From the NCBI GenBank assembly GCA_017654855.1, contig CM030332.1, forward strand, positions 1,612,001 to 1,676,000: DNA of 64,000 nucleotides, read 5' to 3'. The DNA comes from Podospora anserina (taxonomy: Eukaryota). A model generated the notes under the pieces. It searched no databases, was not told the origin of the DNA, and worked only from the letters and a program-made list of their open reading frames with translations. Positions within the stretch are counted from its first letter, which is position 1. The number at the start of each line of letters is the position of its first letter. The translations under genes and the position numbers were made by a program. Shown here piece after piece: positions 14,701 through 28,573 of the stretch.

Positions 14701-17700
14701 CTACACCTCCATCGCAACTGCTTTGCTCGGCTCCTGGCTTAACGAGGTCCTCTGCTTGGACAACAACTGTAACTGAATCGGTGGCTGGGATCCAGATGGC
14801 CCCGCGCCCAGTGGTGGAGGAGGTTGTGGCATCGATGGTGGAAGCGATGGGCTCTGCGTGAGAATCTGCGGCGAAGGTAATGGCATCGTCGGCGGTGGCG
14901 AAGGGACCAACTCCTTAAGCAACGACCCCCTCTCCCTCGGCTCCCTCTCTGGACCAACCACCCTGAGGCTCCCCCGATTTCCCCTGACAACCTGCCCGCT
15001 CTCCACCCTTTCGTGAAGCATCTCATCGAGCATCTTGCTCATCTCATCGACATTCTTCGTCTGCTTCCGAAGCTGCGAGACTTGTCTAACTAGCGAGTTG
15101 GGGGCAGGCGGGCTGCCGAGCGGTGCTGGCCCTGGGTTGCTGTCGAGAATTTGCGAGTTGCGGGCCTCTGACCGGGACTCGACTCGTTCCGCATTGTCTC
15201 TTGACCTGGCCGCGCTCCGCAGCGCAGTCAACATCCGGTCCTTGTCGTCGAGGCGGGCACGGAGCTCCGCGATTTCGGCATCCTTCTCCTTGAGAAGAGC
15301 GGACACACTATGGTCCTCGCCAACCATGATGCCCTTTCCTGCTGTTGCAATGCCGACCGACGCCCGAGAGGAGCTCGCGCGGCGGGCTTGCAGCAATCTT
15401 TTCTCTAGCGTTTGGATGTAGCGGTTCTTGTCGACAAGATCCGCTTGGAGGGCTCGGTTCTGAGCGGCAAGTGATGCCGTCCCGTCGCCGTACTCCCCCA
15501 TGCTGTCATCGTCTTCTGTCAGTGGTACCGCTTCTGGTGCACCGCCAGACGACCGATGACTACTCGACTTCCGTCCAATTGTTGAAGCACTAGATGTCAT
15601 GGACGCTGTCCTCTCCAGGCTGAGCTTGCCTCCATTAGAGATAGTCATCGACGACCGGATGGAACCTTGCGAGTATCGGGGATGAATGCCCAACGAGCTG
15701 AAGGACCCGCTCGCATTGACCCCTATCGATTTTGAACTGAGTATGAGGCGGTTGAGGTGGTCTATCCTCTCCTTCAGCGCGGTTCTAGCAAGCTGCATTT
15801 CGAGCATCTGCTCTTCATGCCGCAACTCGGCTTCCTTCTCACGAGCCCTTTCCTCCTCGGCGTCCCTCTCCTTCTCAATCTCGGCCTCCTTCTTGCTGTT
15901 GGACTTTGCTTGGGCTTCGAGCTCCTTTCGAAGCTCGGCAATCTCCATTCTGTACCGCTCCAAAAGTACCTTTGCGCCTCCGTCGCCACCAGCGCCCAAA
16001 GACTCCTCGGCACGCTTGGCGTGGCTGACAATGCTGTTTTTGGCACGAGAGGCAAACTTTAATGTGTTGAGGGTTTCGTTGTTGTGCGTGTTTGCTGATG
16101 TTGCGCTTGCAGGAGCGCCGATTTGAATTGTGCAGAGAATGCTAACCAACGAGTTACCGGACAGCGCGCCCTGGAGTAATCTGGTCAGTTTGCTGTCGCG
16201 GTACGGCAAGTGTTTCCCATCCTTGTCGGCGGATTTGCCATCGGCCTTTTGCTCGGAGAGCTTGGCGATGACCGTTCCGAGAGTGAGTAAGCTTTTGTTG
16301 ATGTGGGACCCTTCTTGACGCCTCTCCTTGGACTCGGCCGCCTTCTCAGAACCAGCCAAGTCGATCAAACTTAATGTCGACACCCGGACGCCACCGGGCG
16401 GAAGCGCTTGGCGTTTGCTATCCCCCGCAGCACTTCCGGGGACCCTCTCTCTGCTTTCCACCACAATCTGCACCACGGCGTGACTCCGGGAACTCCTGGC
16501 GTTGAATTGGGTGCTTGCTGTCCTACGAGCCTGGTCGCCACGGGCAATCACACGCAGAAGCTGCGTCGGACTCTGCACAATTTCCTCCTTGAGAGGGCTC
16601 GCATAAACCCCCCTCTTGCTGTCCTCACGTAGCTTGATCTCTTCCAGCTGCTGGTTAGCGCCGGGGCCGTTGTTGGTGGACATGCTCAGCAGGTCGTGGA
16701 TTTTCTCGTTGTAGATTTCCAGGTAGCTGACGCGGAGCAAGAACTCTCGAGACGGGGTTTCGCGAATGTAGGAGAAGATGTCGGTAATAGCGAGAGGTAT
16801 TACACCCGGGGATGACGCAGTTCCCTGCATCGAGAAGGTTTTTCCAGTGCCCGTCATGCCGTAGGCGAATACTGTCCCGTGGTAGCCCTCCATTACTCTT
16901 CGTACCAAACGTTTCGCGCAGTGGTCGTAGACTTTGGCGTTGTCGTCGTGTGTCGTAAAGACGTTATCTGAGAAACGGTCAGACGGCTACGAGACTCAAC
17001 TGTCTACTTTGTAGAATTAATTCTTACCATAGATATAATCTCCCCCTTCCTTGCCGCGGTACGAGATCAACGATTTTCTTCCCTCCACCATCCACTCCCC
17101 ATCTGGCGTCTGGTCATTGCCGGCAGCATCTGGCCGGACTCTGACACTGACCACGACGTTTCCCCTGCCATCAAACTTGGAGGCAGGTTTTCCGGGGGAA
17201 GCATCTGACCTGGATGCGGCATCGGTGGCATCTTCGTACTGGGTGGCAGAAGTAGAATACGAGTCCTGCGCAGAGGAACTGCGGCTCTGGGGCGGTGAAG
17301 ACACACTAATCAGTCCGTCCGAATTCCTCGTCCCTCCTGTTCGCGAGACTGATTTCTGGTCGCCTGCTCCCGCAAGAAAACTCGAGGATCCATTAGAAAA
17401 CTGATAGGTTGGTGTCGTAGGCGTCTTGACCTTGCGCGAAAGGCCGGCGGATAGTGGGCTCGGTGGGAGGCTGGATATTCGACCATCTCCGCGAGGGGGG
17501 TGCGGGAAAGCGCTGATGCTGACTGTTTTCCTAAGTGTCTTGCCCGTCGCATTGTATCCCGAGGCGGTTCTAGGTGTAGGTAAGGCTCCGGAAGGGGCTG
17601 GAGTGGCAGGCGGAAGGAGATTCGAGGACGGTGTTCGAAGGGCTTTTGGTGATGCTGGTGTAGACCTGGTCGGTGGAACTGCTAGTCCACCCATGCTTTT

Positions 17701-17784
17701 TCGTGTTTTTCCAACGGGAAGCGCTGGTAGGGCAATTTGAGGAGGTGCGTTCGAAGGTCGCGATGGCCTCGGGAGGGTTGTCAT
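14701..17784 (-). CDS. kipA: Kinesin-7 family plus-end motor (KipA/Kip2/Tea2-like); exons ~17784-17028, 16967-14701
   Basis: NVVVSVRVRP; P-loop YGMTGTGKTFSM; NARSSRSH; LIDLAGSE; HLPYRDSKLTRLLQ; N-terminal S/P-rich extension and C-terminal coiled coils. Confidence 0.92.
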
Positions 17785-18533
17785 GTTGTTGATGTGACTG
17801 GCAGTGGCCGCGAAGTGGGAGGACTGTGCAACAAAGGTTTCAGGGGCTTCCGCCTCTGTTTACAGCAAAAGTTCGAGCTCGGGTCGATCGAGGTCCATGG
17901 GCGTAGGGTGTTGCTTTCACCGGAGAAAGAGTACCGACCGCCGATTCACCCTCCACTGTCAAAACGCGGGCCGAAACGGGGTGGTATCGAAGAGCCTGTC
18001 CGCCACAGTCAATTGTCAATGCCAGCTCAAAAGAGGCCGCTCATGGCTAGCAAGTTTAGAATTGAATTGCACCGTACCAATTGGCGAGCGAGTGTGCAGA
18101 GGAATGCTGATAGGTTGGTCGGTCGGACGTATCGCGGCGAAACCAAAAGGGCTTAGGAAAAAGAAACAAGTTCGTGGGATATGCGGTGGTTGCCGTCACG
18201 ATATCGGACTGCACTGCACTCGGGTGCTGGCGTTCGGGAGCCCGTTGAAAAGAGCAGAGGCACGGGTACCGGCGGTAGCGTGTGGGATTCGCGGAGAGAT
18301 TTGAGAGCCCTGGACCAGAAGCAAAAAAAATGAGTGGACGACAAGGCGCTATGCGGGCGACTGGGTTTATGCGCGCGACGCCCCGTCTCCGTACAATAGC
18401 GCAAATGGACCGAAGAGAGAGCGGCGGCGCCGGTGGGCTTTGTGCTTTGGGCAGCCAAGGACAGAAACGAACGTCGAGAGTCGCTGCTTGGACTCGGGGG
18501 TCGGGGGTTGGGTATAGATAGGTCGGTAGTGTA

Positions 18534-18561
18534 GGTGCGGTGCGGTGCGGTGCGGTGCGGT
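18534..18561. repeat. (GGTGC)n pentanucleotide repeat upstream of kipA
   Basis: ggtgcggtgcggtgcggtgcggtgcggt seen directly. Confidence 0.85.
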
Positions 18562-21500
18562 AGGCGGGCGTGTGCTCCAATTAGTACTGCGGTAGGGCCT
18601 TATATCGATGGCCTGGCCTCTCGTGTCGTTCCTGGCGTGAAAGGTGCAACCATGTAGTAGGACGCACAAAAAAAAACGAGTGGCCAAAACAGTTCGTCTC
18701 AACTTGTTGAGTATGAGTATAGTAGGTACCTAACAATCGCAGGGCGCCCACTCAGCTGCGATTAGGTTGACTACGCGTAAGGTAAGGTAATGTCGACATG
18801 GGCTATCGATCACTCCACGAGAAAAAGACAGAACAGACAAAAGAGAATGAACGAGGGAATGGAGACTGGAGATGGAGAGAGCCGTGACAACCTGGAAAGC
18901 TGGAGATGGATGGGCAAGTGGGAGTCCCGTTGCTTTTCTTCGGCTCCCCGTTGCCCCTTCCACTTCTTTTTTACCCTTGCGCCTTGCCCGAAATGCCTGT
19001 CGATGGCACTTTGGATGCTCTCTCTTCTGTCGTCTCTCTGCTGGCCGTTGCCGTCCTCGCGAGAGAGCAATTTGACGGACTACCATCGGGTCCCTGCTGA
19101 TCCCTGCACCCACCACCCTGGAGGGCTTAAACCGTTTTGGGCCTGGCGACCCTTGGCTTCCCCAAGTCGGCCAGGGATGCCGGCATGAACTGAGGAGCAA
19201 TCTTAGCGCACCTGGCTTTTGAGCCATCTCACAGGCTCACAAGTGTGACGAAAAGCTCGAGACATCCTTACGACAACGTCCGCCTCGCCGGCGCCGCGGT
19301 GTTTTGTGTGTCTCGAGCTGTGACTTATGTGCTGGAGAAACACGAGGGGCCGCGGATTCTGAGCTTTTGTGCCATGGCGCATCCTTCTGACAGCAGCAAG
19401 CAGCCAGTAACAGTCGACCGTCGACTCTTCCGTTGATGACGCCCATCCACCAGTGACGAGGCGGCGCGGAGGATTTGAGATCCCACCTAATCATCACATC
19501 GCGCTGGTGCATCGCATCCATGGTAACCTACCTTTTTGCGCGACAATTTTTTCACATGCTCCACGATCTGAGAGAAACATCCAGTCGAGATGATGAGTGG
19601 TGAGGGGCTGATACCCCGGTGGAGGATGGCAGCCACATCACGCAACAGGGCCTCCTCACCTAGATGAGGGGCACAAAAAGGCTCTCTCATCTCATCGGGC
19701 TGACGAAAAAAACAAACACCAAATCCTATCACCAGTTGGGCAACAACTGGGGATGACGATCGGTACCAAAAGCAGGAGGTGCGGTGGGCATCAGGTGGCC
19801 GCTACAACCCACCCACGGCGGCTCCAATAGCCAGACACAAAACACTCGAATCACAAAGCTGAAAGGCACTCGACGAAGCCACGAGCTGATTGAGGCAATC
19901 AAACTCAGTTTTGGATTCAAAAACGCCGCAGACCTGTCAGATTTCGTCCGCCATCTCGTCAACCCCAGACTTTTTGCTCCTCCATCGGCAACTGAGATGT
20001 CTTCCCTACCAGGCCTTCAACCAAAGTCTGTGCTCACTATCGACAGGGGCCCCGGAAGTCTGCTGCAGTGACCCCCGTGCTGTGCCGTTCCAATCACAAC
20101 CTCTCGCGAACCACGCTCGCCTGATAAAAAGGGGGTCGTTGCGGTAACCATATGATGGCCATGGCCATGCGACTGTGACCTCCGCCAGTGTTCGAGAAGT
20201 TGGCGCACGATGTCTTGCATTCAATGGAATGCTGAAGAGCTTCCTGTCTGCAGCAGTTCTCCACTGGCCTGTACCATCGCCCTGGGTTCGCGAAAGCCTT
20301 CCCAGGGAGGGCTTGAATCAAATTCAAATGTCGTCAATCTTCATCGTCCGGCAATCCGGGAATCACTCCATACAGATTATTATTATATATCTGGGCAACA
20401 AGAAGGCAAGACATTATCCTCCGGTCATATTCTCTCCGAATTCAACTTTCCTGATCGGCAATAATGTAACGAGTTACGGCTATAGAACCGAAAAAGCAGA
20501 CTACCATGATACTACTGCAGTCTGCAGGTACATTCACACCACCCAAGATACCCTCAGCACGCTGCGTCGGTTATCGTCCCTCTGCCGTTCCTGGCGTAGT
20601 CTCCCTGCGGTTACTACTTACCGTGGTTAATCTTTCATTTCCGATGTTGGTCCCCTTTTACACTACACAACAGTACTAGTGTCTTGTTTCCTACATACGG
20701 GTTATCTCGATCGATAATACTCCCTCGGCGGGATGGCAAGTCTGATCGCAACGAAGGAGGCCTGTGCGAACGGGATGTTGTGTTTTCTAGGGCCTTGAAT
20801 TATTCAGCCTCTATTGAAACAGCTCTACACTATCTAGTTCCCTTGAGTGCCTGTAGGGGGGAAAAGGCTGAAGGTTTTCTGTGGTGTAGCTAGCCAGAAC
20901 TTGAGTTGCCCCCCGCCGAGACGCCAACTGCTGCGAGGAGAGGGCACTGATAAAATGTGTGCGTATGCAACCTGCAAGTCCGAATTTCGATGCCAGTGCG
21001 TTTCTGCCGAGGGGGGAAGGAAGGCAGCAAACATATTTATCGAGGACCTTGGCAGATTTTCCCTTCATTCTTAAGGATCGATCGGAACATGGGTAACAAT
21101 CCAGCTTTTTGAGATGTTGAAAGTGCATGTATGGTTCCGAGTTTGGCGATCGCCTCAAGTTTATTGAGCCCTTGCAAAAAGGGAAACATTCCATTGTTTG
21201 TCTCAGTCCCTTCAGGAACTAACCCCCACTTGCACACCATCTCGCAGAGATGTCAAAGTCTAAAGAGGCAGCAATCGGCATTTCGTGTGAGATGTAAATG
21301 GTGGGTGGCACAAAGCCGGTAGGGGAATAAGAGCGGTTTTCCTGACGGCGCGGGAACATCGTGTTTATTGGATGTTTGATGATACATGTTTCTTGAGCTG
21401 TGCCGTCGTCTTGACCCGGCATTTGGGCGAGATGGGTAGGAAGGAACTGTGCCATAGCCTGGGCGGCACACACCTGATAGGTAATCTGGGTGTGGTATAA

Positions 21501-22112
21501 TAGGAAGACATGGGAATCGGGACAGGTTCTGAGTTCTGGTAGGATGTGGTAGATCAAACTCAACCAGACGTTTCTGCTCTGCCCCATGGCAAAGAAGGTC
21601 TATCCTCGGCGCGGCCTTCGATCACGAGGCAGTTGAATGAGAGAGTCTTACTCCACGCCTCGTATATATCACACGTTGAGATGTGGCTGAGCCTAGACAT
21701 CACGCACGCATTTATGCCCATATCTTTTTACCTAAACCATGGTTCACCCCTTCAAAACAAAGAACCACCTAAGCTACAAAACTACACATGTTTCAGATCC
21801 CCCCCAGCTGAGCCAAAACTCGAACCCTTTTTCTTTCCCCGGAAACGAGCCATCATGTCTTGGAGTTCGGTTGAGGGGGCCTGGGGTAGGTGAAGCCCTG
21901 GTCCTTGTTGGAGCCAAAAACCTCGCGATATAGCTGGTGAAAGGGGTATGATATACATGTAGATTTGAAGGTTAGTTATATGCCGAAACAGAGGGACGGG
22001 ATGGGGGGGACATTTTTGCTGCGCGAGGAGAATAGAACGAAGGAAGGACTGATCTTAAATATATTTTAGTGTCGGGGTGGTAAGCATTGGAAGGGGTTGA
22101 TGCGGGAAAAGT

Positions 22113-22184
22113 GTAATGTGGTGATGTGGTAAAGGGGGATTGTGGTGATGTGTTAAACGGGTAATGTGTTGATGTGCTAAAGGA
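22113..22184. repeat. Three imperfect tandem copies of a 24-bp unit
   Basis: gtaatgtggtgatgtggtaaaggg / ggattgtggtgatgtgttaaacgg / gtaatgtgttgatgtgctaaagga. Confidence 0.75.
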
Positions 22185-23125
22185 GAAGATGCAAGTAAGT
22201 CCCTTTAACAGCTTGTCACTCAAATCCCGGCAACATCTCAGCAAACTGGATAAAACCCACTGTCTAGCCATTCTTCAAATACTTTGGCCCTCTCAACCAG
22301 TAAATTGCCTTTCAACAAGCAGCAAAACCATCATCATCTCCATCACCTGAACACCTTCCCTGTCCACCCCCTCAGTAACCTTCCAGAGCTGTTCTTTCCT
22401 TCAATCATCGCACCTTCCCAGCACAAAGTCTTGCTCCTGCCGATGACCTACCGGAACACCATTTGAGGAAGGAACCACAACCAGCAGTGTCACAAGGAAG
22501 GAGCAACCTCCACGAACGTTGATTGATGGATGTCGGGTGCCCCATGAAACAGCCACGAATCTCATGCTCCAGCCGGAGATAGTCTGGTGTCATTCTGAAA
22601 TCTTCCAAACCCGAGACAAGTATAATCGGCTGTGAGACTTTGACTCGGCCGACGAGGCGTTCAGCTACCGGAGATACCAACGGGATATTCTATCTCCTTG
22701 GAATTCCACATCGGCCATCCCATGAAATAAAGTACTCCGACTCTTATCTGTCATATTTCTTCCAATCTACAAACTTGCTGCATGTCTCGGCGATCCTCCC
22801 TATAAACATATCTCACTATATTTTCTCGTCTTAGTCTGCAAAGTGTTTGCAAGGTGCATAACATGTACAACAACGGTGGTGATATTCTCGGGACATTTTC
22901 TTTTCTGTCTTGGTATCATCTGTATCCCCTATCTACAACGTATCACCAATCTCACATGGCCTGCCTCATACCCAAACCACCCCCTCTATCTTACGGGCTC
23001 AAGACATCCCTCCCCAAAAACACAAACGCTTTTCGTTACCCCCCTCCCAAACCCAAATATACCTAAACCCGGTATAATACCAGAAGCAAAAAAAACCGAC
23101 TCGCTCAAGATTCCCCCCCCTTCCC

Positions 23126-26100
23126 TCACCCAGCCATAGTAAGCGTATAACTTGTAATAACCCCCATCCTCTCGCTCGTCAACTTGAGGCTAATCCTCAA
23201 CAGCTCCCTCGCCACCTCCGCCTCCTCCCTCTGCATCCTCCCCCACCCCTCCCGGTCCATAACCCAAACCACCACACCCCCCTCGCTCTCCACCACACAC
23301 GTCGCCGTCCTGTTCGTCTCGCTGAAAAACGGCAGCTCCCCGCACGTGGTGCCCGCGACGATACTCTCGTACAGCATCCCCTGAGGGTGCTCATACTCGG
23401 CCCTCAAAATCCCCGACTCCAGCAGGTAAAACCCTTCTGCTTGCTCCCCTGATTTGAAGAGGACCGTTCCGTGGGCGTATTCCTTTCTCTGAAAGTACCC
23501 CACAGCCCGGAACCAAAAGTCCTCGTTTTTATCCGAGACGTCTTGGAAGATGCGGAGGATGAGACGCAGCGGCTCTTTGAAAGACTGCCATCTCGTGAGT
23601 TTTTTGCGTACTTCCATCGTGCCAAGAGAGTTCTTGGCCGCTTCTCTCAGATGAGACCTCCTCGGCGACGACCCCAACAGGTCAGACGACGAAAAATGCG
23701 GGCCCAGACTAGAAGGCACATCCAAGTTTGCCGAAGGTCTCGGCGAGGGTTGCTGCTGCTGTTGCTGAATGAGCTGCTGCTGCTCCTCCTCTTGCTGGTT
23801 GGCATAGAGGGTTTTGAGAAGCTCGTTCTCGCAGTATTCCAGGGCTGAATTCAGTTCCGGGAGGAACTTGACTTCAATCCCGTCCTCTCCCAACCCGACC
23901 GCGCGGAGGGAGCGGCCTAAGGAACGTTCGGGCCCAACACCGCTGATGACGAGCTCGATGCCCTTGCCGTTGAGGAGGCGGCTGATGGTGTTGAAGACTT
24001 CGCCGGCCGAGTAATCCAGCCCAGTGACTAGCCATAGGTCCAAGATGAGGAACTTGATAGGCCGCTTCTTGAACTGGTCCTCGGTGATGAGGTGTCTGAT
24101 CTTCTCCTCGACGCTGACGATGGTGCCGAAAAACAAATACCCCGAAAGCTTGATGATGTTGATCTGGCGACCAACCTGGCGCAGGTAGTGTTGCTGTGTA
24201 GGGTTTCTCCTCACTGTCGAGCCAACCACCTCTCCTGAATAACTGGCTCGAACAGCCGGCACCCTCGAAGCCTGAACAATCAACGAGATAAAAGCCAGCA
24301 AGATACCAACCCCGATACCCACGACAAAATCATAGATACCCATAATCAACACGATAGCAATGACAGTAAGATATTCAAGCAGCTTGAGCTTCTTCCTCGG
24401 CTGCCACACGGCCTCCAGCAGCAGCTCAAACCCAAGATCAAAGATGAGGACACCAACCATCATGATGGGAATGAAACCAATCAACGAAGGTCCGATCATC
24501 ATGACTAAAAAGGTAAGGGCGGCAAGTATGTAACCTGCCAGCCGACTGTCGCCGCCTGAGCGCATAAAGAACAAGCTATTGGCGTAGACGAGGTAGTTTT
24601 GAATGCTGCCCACGCATCCAGAGAGGAAGTTCGAGTAGCCGTGAAGCTTGAGCTCGTGGTCAAGATCAGCATGATCCTCCCCCACATTGAGTGCGAGCGC
24701 TGGGACGTTGATGGGGACGTGCAAGATTCCGAAAAAGGTGAGGGCGAACATGGCGGGGACACACTGCACAATGGCGCTCCAGTCAACCAGGTGGAATTCT
24801 GTTGACATGTTAGCGGGAGGTTCACATAAAAAAACCGGTAGGAAAGTACGTACTGTAAAGCGTCCAGAAATACCACCACGGCTCACCCTCAGGAGGCCCT
24901 TGAAACACCCAGCCCTTCCCTCTCAGACTCTCTGTATCCACAGCCCCAAGCATCGAGACAACCGCGTAGAACGCAGCAGGAATGACGAGGATGTACAACG
25001 GCAGGAAGAACTTGGATGTGATCTTGGACTGGCCCCAAAACAGAACAATGGCAAGCACCAAAGGAATGATCCAAAGTGGGACAGTATCAGCCTGCGCAAG
25101 CTTCTTCACGGTTTCAAGATCGTAGTTCAGACTGCCATCCATCCGCGCTGTGACCTCAAAGCCAGTGGCAACCAAGAACCAACCGACACCACCGATGCAG
25201 CCGATCAGGATATGACGGGGGATAAAACCGACGATATACCCAAACTCGAACTTGCCCATGAGGTAGAATACAGTTCCGGTAAGCATCGAACTGAGGGCGT
25301 AAGAGGTGATTGTAGTTGCAATGACGGCATCAGGCTTGTCCTCGCCTACCAAAGTGGTGATGGTGGCAGCCATGTTGTGAAAAAAGGGCACAACTTCGAT
25401 CTGGTGGATGTTAGCATTGTTGCATGGGAATAGGTCTACATTTGCTTACCAATTCAGATCCGACTCCGCCCCTGAAAATACTCCCAGTCGAGAATGTCAA
25501 CTGCGAGATGATCGTGCTCACGTAAAAGATGGAAATACCCGCCGATCCTAAATTGGCGAAAATTGGACTTCCCAGCGGGAACAAAATCATACCTGGTAGC
25601 TGTTAGTAACGATTCCGCAAAGGATAGGATAGCCACAGTCCTCACCATATGACAATGCATCCAAAATATTCAGCAACAACCCAACCACCACCGCCGGCAG
25701 GCACGCCACAGGAGCAACCACAACATTCTTCCAAAGCGCATGCCGATCCCAACTCTTGAACCCCCTAGCAACCTTTCCCCTACCCCCCTTGACAGAGTCA
25801 ATAGTCCTATGCAGCCACCCCGTCCTCGACGGCCCCTTCTGGCTCTCCAAATCAACACTCCCATTCCTCCCATTGCTAATCCCATAACTCCTCCTACTCT
25901 CCCTAGACCTCGACACCATCAACGGCGATGTCTCATCCTCCTCCGCGCCCCACCTCGACAGCAACGGCCGTGGCTCATTCGTCGACAGCCTGCTCAAATC
26001 ATCCTCCTCATTCCCATCCTCATCCTCATCCCCCGTAACCTCCACCACATCATCCTCCCTTATCTGATCCTCCTTATGGTGCGGCAGCAAATACCTCTCC

Positions 26101-26646
26101 TCAGGCGGCGACCTCCTCAGCATAGCAGCAATCATCGAAGGCCCCTCTCCAGAGTCAACCTCGGCGCTATCATCCAACGGCTCCGGCGAAGGCGGCTCAG
26201 AGACTTCCTCTATGGTCTCGGCCGAGATCGATGCGCCCAGCAGGTCGTTTGCTATATTGTTATTGTTGGTGACGCCTGGTTCGTTGTTGTTGTTGTTGTT
26301 GTTGCGACCACCACCACTACCACCCGTGATTGCGTGATCGGGTCGGGCCGATGACGAGAGAGAGCGTGCTCGGGAGAGGAACGAGGCGCTGCGTCCGTCT
26401 TTCTTGTCTGATAGGAAGTAATCCGCGAGTTCGGCCGTGTCAGCGCGGACGGAGCGGGCTGACTGGATGTTTTCGAGGCGGGCTATCGCATGGGTTTTGT
26501 AAGTTTATATTACGGAGGTTTGGGTGGGATAAGGGGGATAAGGGGGAATGTAAACATACCTGGGTCCCTGATTGAACCATGAATGTAAGATCTTGTAGGC
26601 TCACGGTGGCTCACTGAACCGACAGAGGAGGAAAGAAACCTTGCAT

Positions 26647-26686
<40 letters not shown>

Positions 26687-26830
26687 CTGCTGGTTCTGGG
26701 ATGTTGGTATTGGCTCTGGGGGGATTGAGGTTATGGTTTGGTCTTCGGGCTGGTCCTGAGAGTCATTGGAGACGGTAGACGACCGTCTTCTGGCCCAGGG
26801 GGAAAACTGGCCAAAGACAGGGGAAGACAT
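23126..26830 (-). CDS. VSB1: SulP/SLC26-family transporter with STAS and cNMP-binding domains (Vsb1/YGR125W-like); exons ~26830-26560, 26482-25646, 25592-25450, 25400-24854, 24798-23126
   Basis: [63 protein letters not shown], cNMP domain GTTCGELPFF; four GT-AG introns keep the frame. Confidence 0.88.
26649..26686. repeat. (TTG)n repeat encoding a poly-Asn tract in the transporter N-terminus
   Basis: About 12 units; translates as QQNNNNNNNNNNNND on the minus strand. Confidence 0.85.
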
Positions 26831-28573
26831 TTCTTCTGGTTCCAAAGCGGTCCTAGAGACTTGCGGACTCTTTCTGGGGGCGCGCAATCGGAGAGTACCC
26901 TAGAAGATGGGATGGGTGTATGGACGGGAATGTTCAACGATCAGGTTACCCAGAAGCGTGCATGTTGCAGATCCACCAAAAGTCAAAACTGCAAGATGGC
27001 ACTAGATCCTTGACCCCTTACTTTTCCCCAATAAGAAACCCGATGACGAGCTCAAACCGAAGGAAGTGTAGGCGCAAATGTATGTAGGTCGGCTGGTGTG
27101 TGCGGTGTTGTCCTGCAGACGGGATGTTGCGAGACCGGCCGTGGGCAGTTAAGTAGTATGCGATACAAGATTGGAATAGGTAAACTCCAATGCAGGCTGA
27201 AGAGTGTAACTCGCACAAACGATATGCGCTCCAATATAAGTCGCAGAGTTATTCACCGGTCGGTACTAGAAAAAGAGTTGCAAAAAGGTCGTGTACATGA
27301 ATCGAGGTCAACAGAGAAAGCGGTCGAAGACTGGAAGCGGCGGGCGGCCAGGAGGGTTCTCGACATATCACAGAACGAAAAAGGTGCCTGCAATCGGTAT
27401 TTTTGTACGTTTATTTTTTCCCCACACCAGCCCCACCAAAACTCAGGGATTCCAGCTCCAAAGCAACACTAAGGCACGTAGGAAATAAGCTATGCGCCTC
27501 GCCCAGTCGTAACGTCTTTCCAGCAGTTTTTGCGTCGCTCGTAAATGTGGTGCGTGGACTTGAGAAGATGGAGAGCCAAGTCCGCGAGAGAGGTGCCGTT
27601 TGGACCGCGCCGTCACTGATATGGTCTGGAACACGCAAGGATAGCTCTGAATGGTGGGGCCAGAAGCTTCAAAGTCGTCATCAGCCCCATGCAGGTCAAC
27701 GCAAGAACAGTGCGAATTGGTTTGCTCCATCCTTCACGGGCAGCTCCGGTGCTCGCGTACCGCACCCGCTTTTCTGAGCTGGCAGCGGAGACATCCCTTA
27801 TCCACCAGAGAGCTATCGAAAATGGCACAAGGAGTCTTGTGGAGATGTTTATAGTTCTGTATTTCAATCGACGATCGGTCTTGTGATGTTGTCGAGCTAT
27901 TTGAAGCTCAAATTCTCTAGTCTCTGATGGCTTTTCCTACCCATATATGCCTTGGCACGGCACAGTATTGCCACTGTGGTCCATCGCCCCTCGACGACGA
28001 CGGACGGAAAAAATTTGAACTCGCCATGTGAGCTGAGGCGCCAACTTCCTGCAGGCGCACACCGTGGGAGCCGTTGCGGGTTGCGGCGCCTGGGTTAATG
28101 ACCTGGTTGATTTCTCCAAAATTCTCCAACGTCGTATGCATGCTGTGACGGCTGCGGCATTGGGCCTTCAGATGGACCGCTGAGCCCTGTTCATGCAGGA
28201 GGTATTCTGACCCTCATGCCGAGTTTGATGATTTCAGCTCTGCCAGAGGCTCTCTGATATTGATTTCCGCTTCCCTGACTGGAACCGGAAGGCCACCTTT
28301 TGCCGTCATGGTGGTGCGAACTTTCGTCATGATTTGGTGGGACAAGAGGGACGATGGGAGTCTCGAATGGTAAAAGACCGTGGCCTTGTGAACACCGCTC
28401 GGGACCGTCCTATCTTTCTTCCCCAGACAGTGATCATGGCGAGGAAAATAGCGATGGGAGTACTTCCGAGGGACCGTCGCATACTGGGCAATTTGGCCCT
28501 GCATCTGTTTTGACCTGCAAAATCGTGATCATGTTGGACTCTTACATGATACTTGCACTTCGCCCACGCCCCC

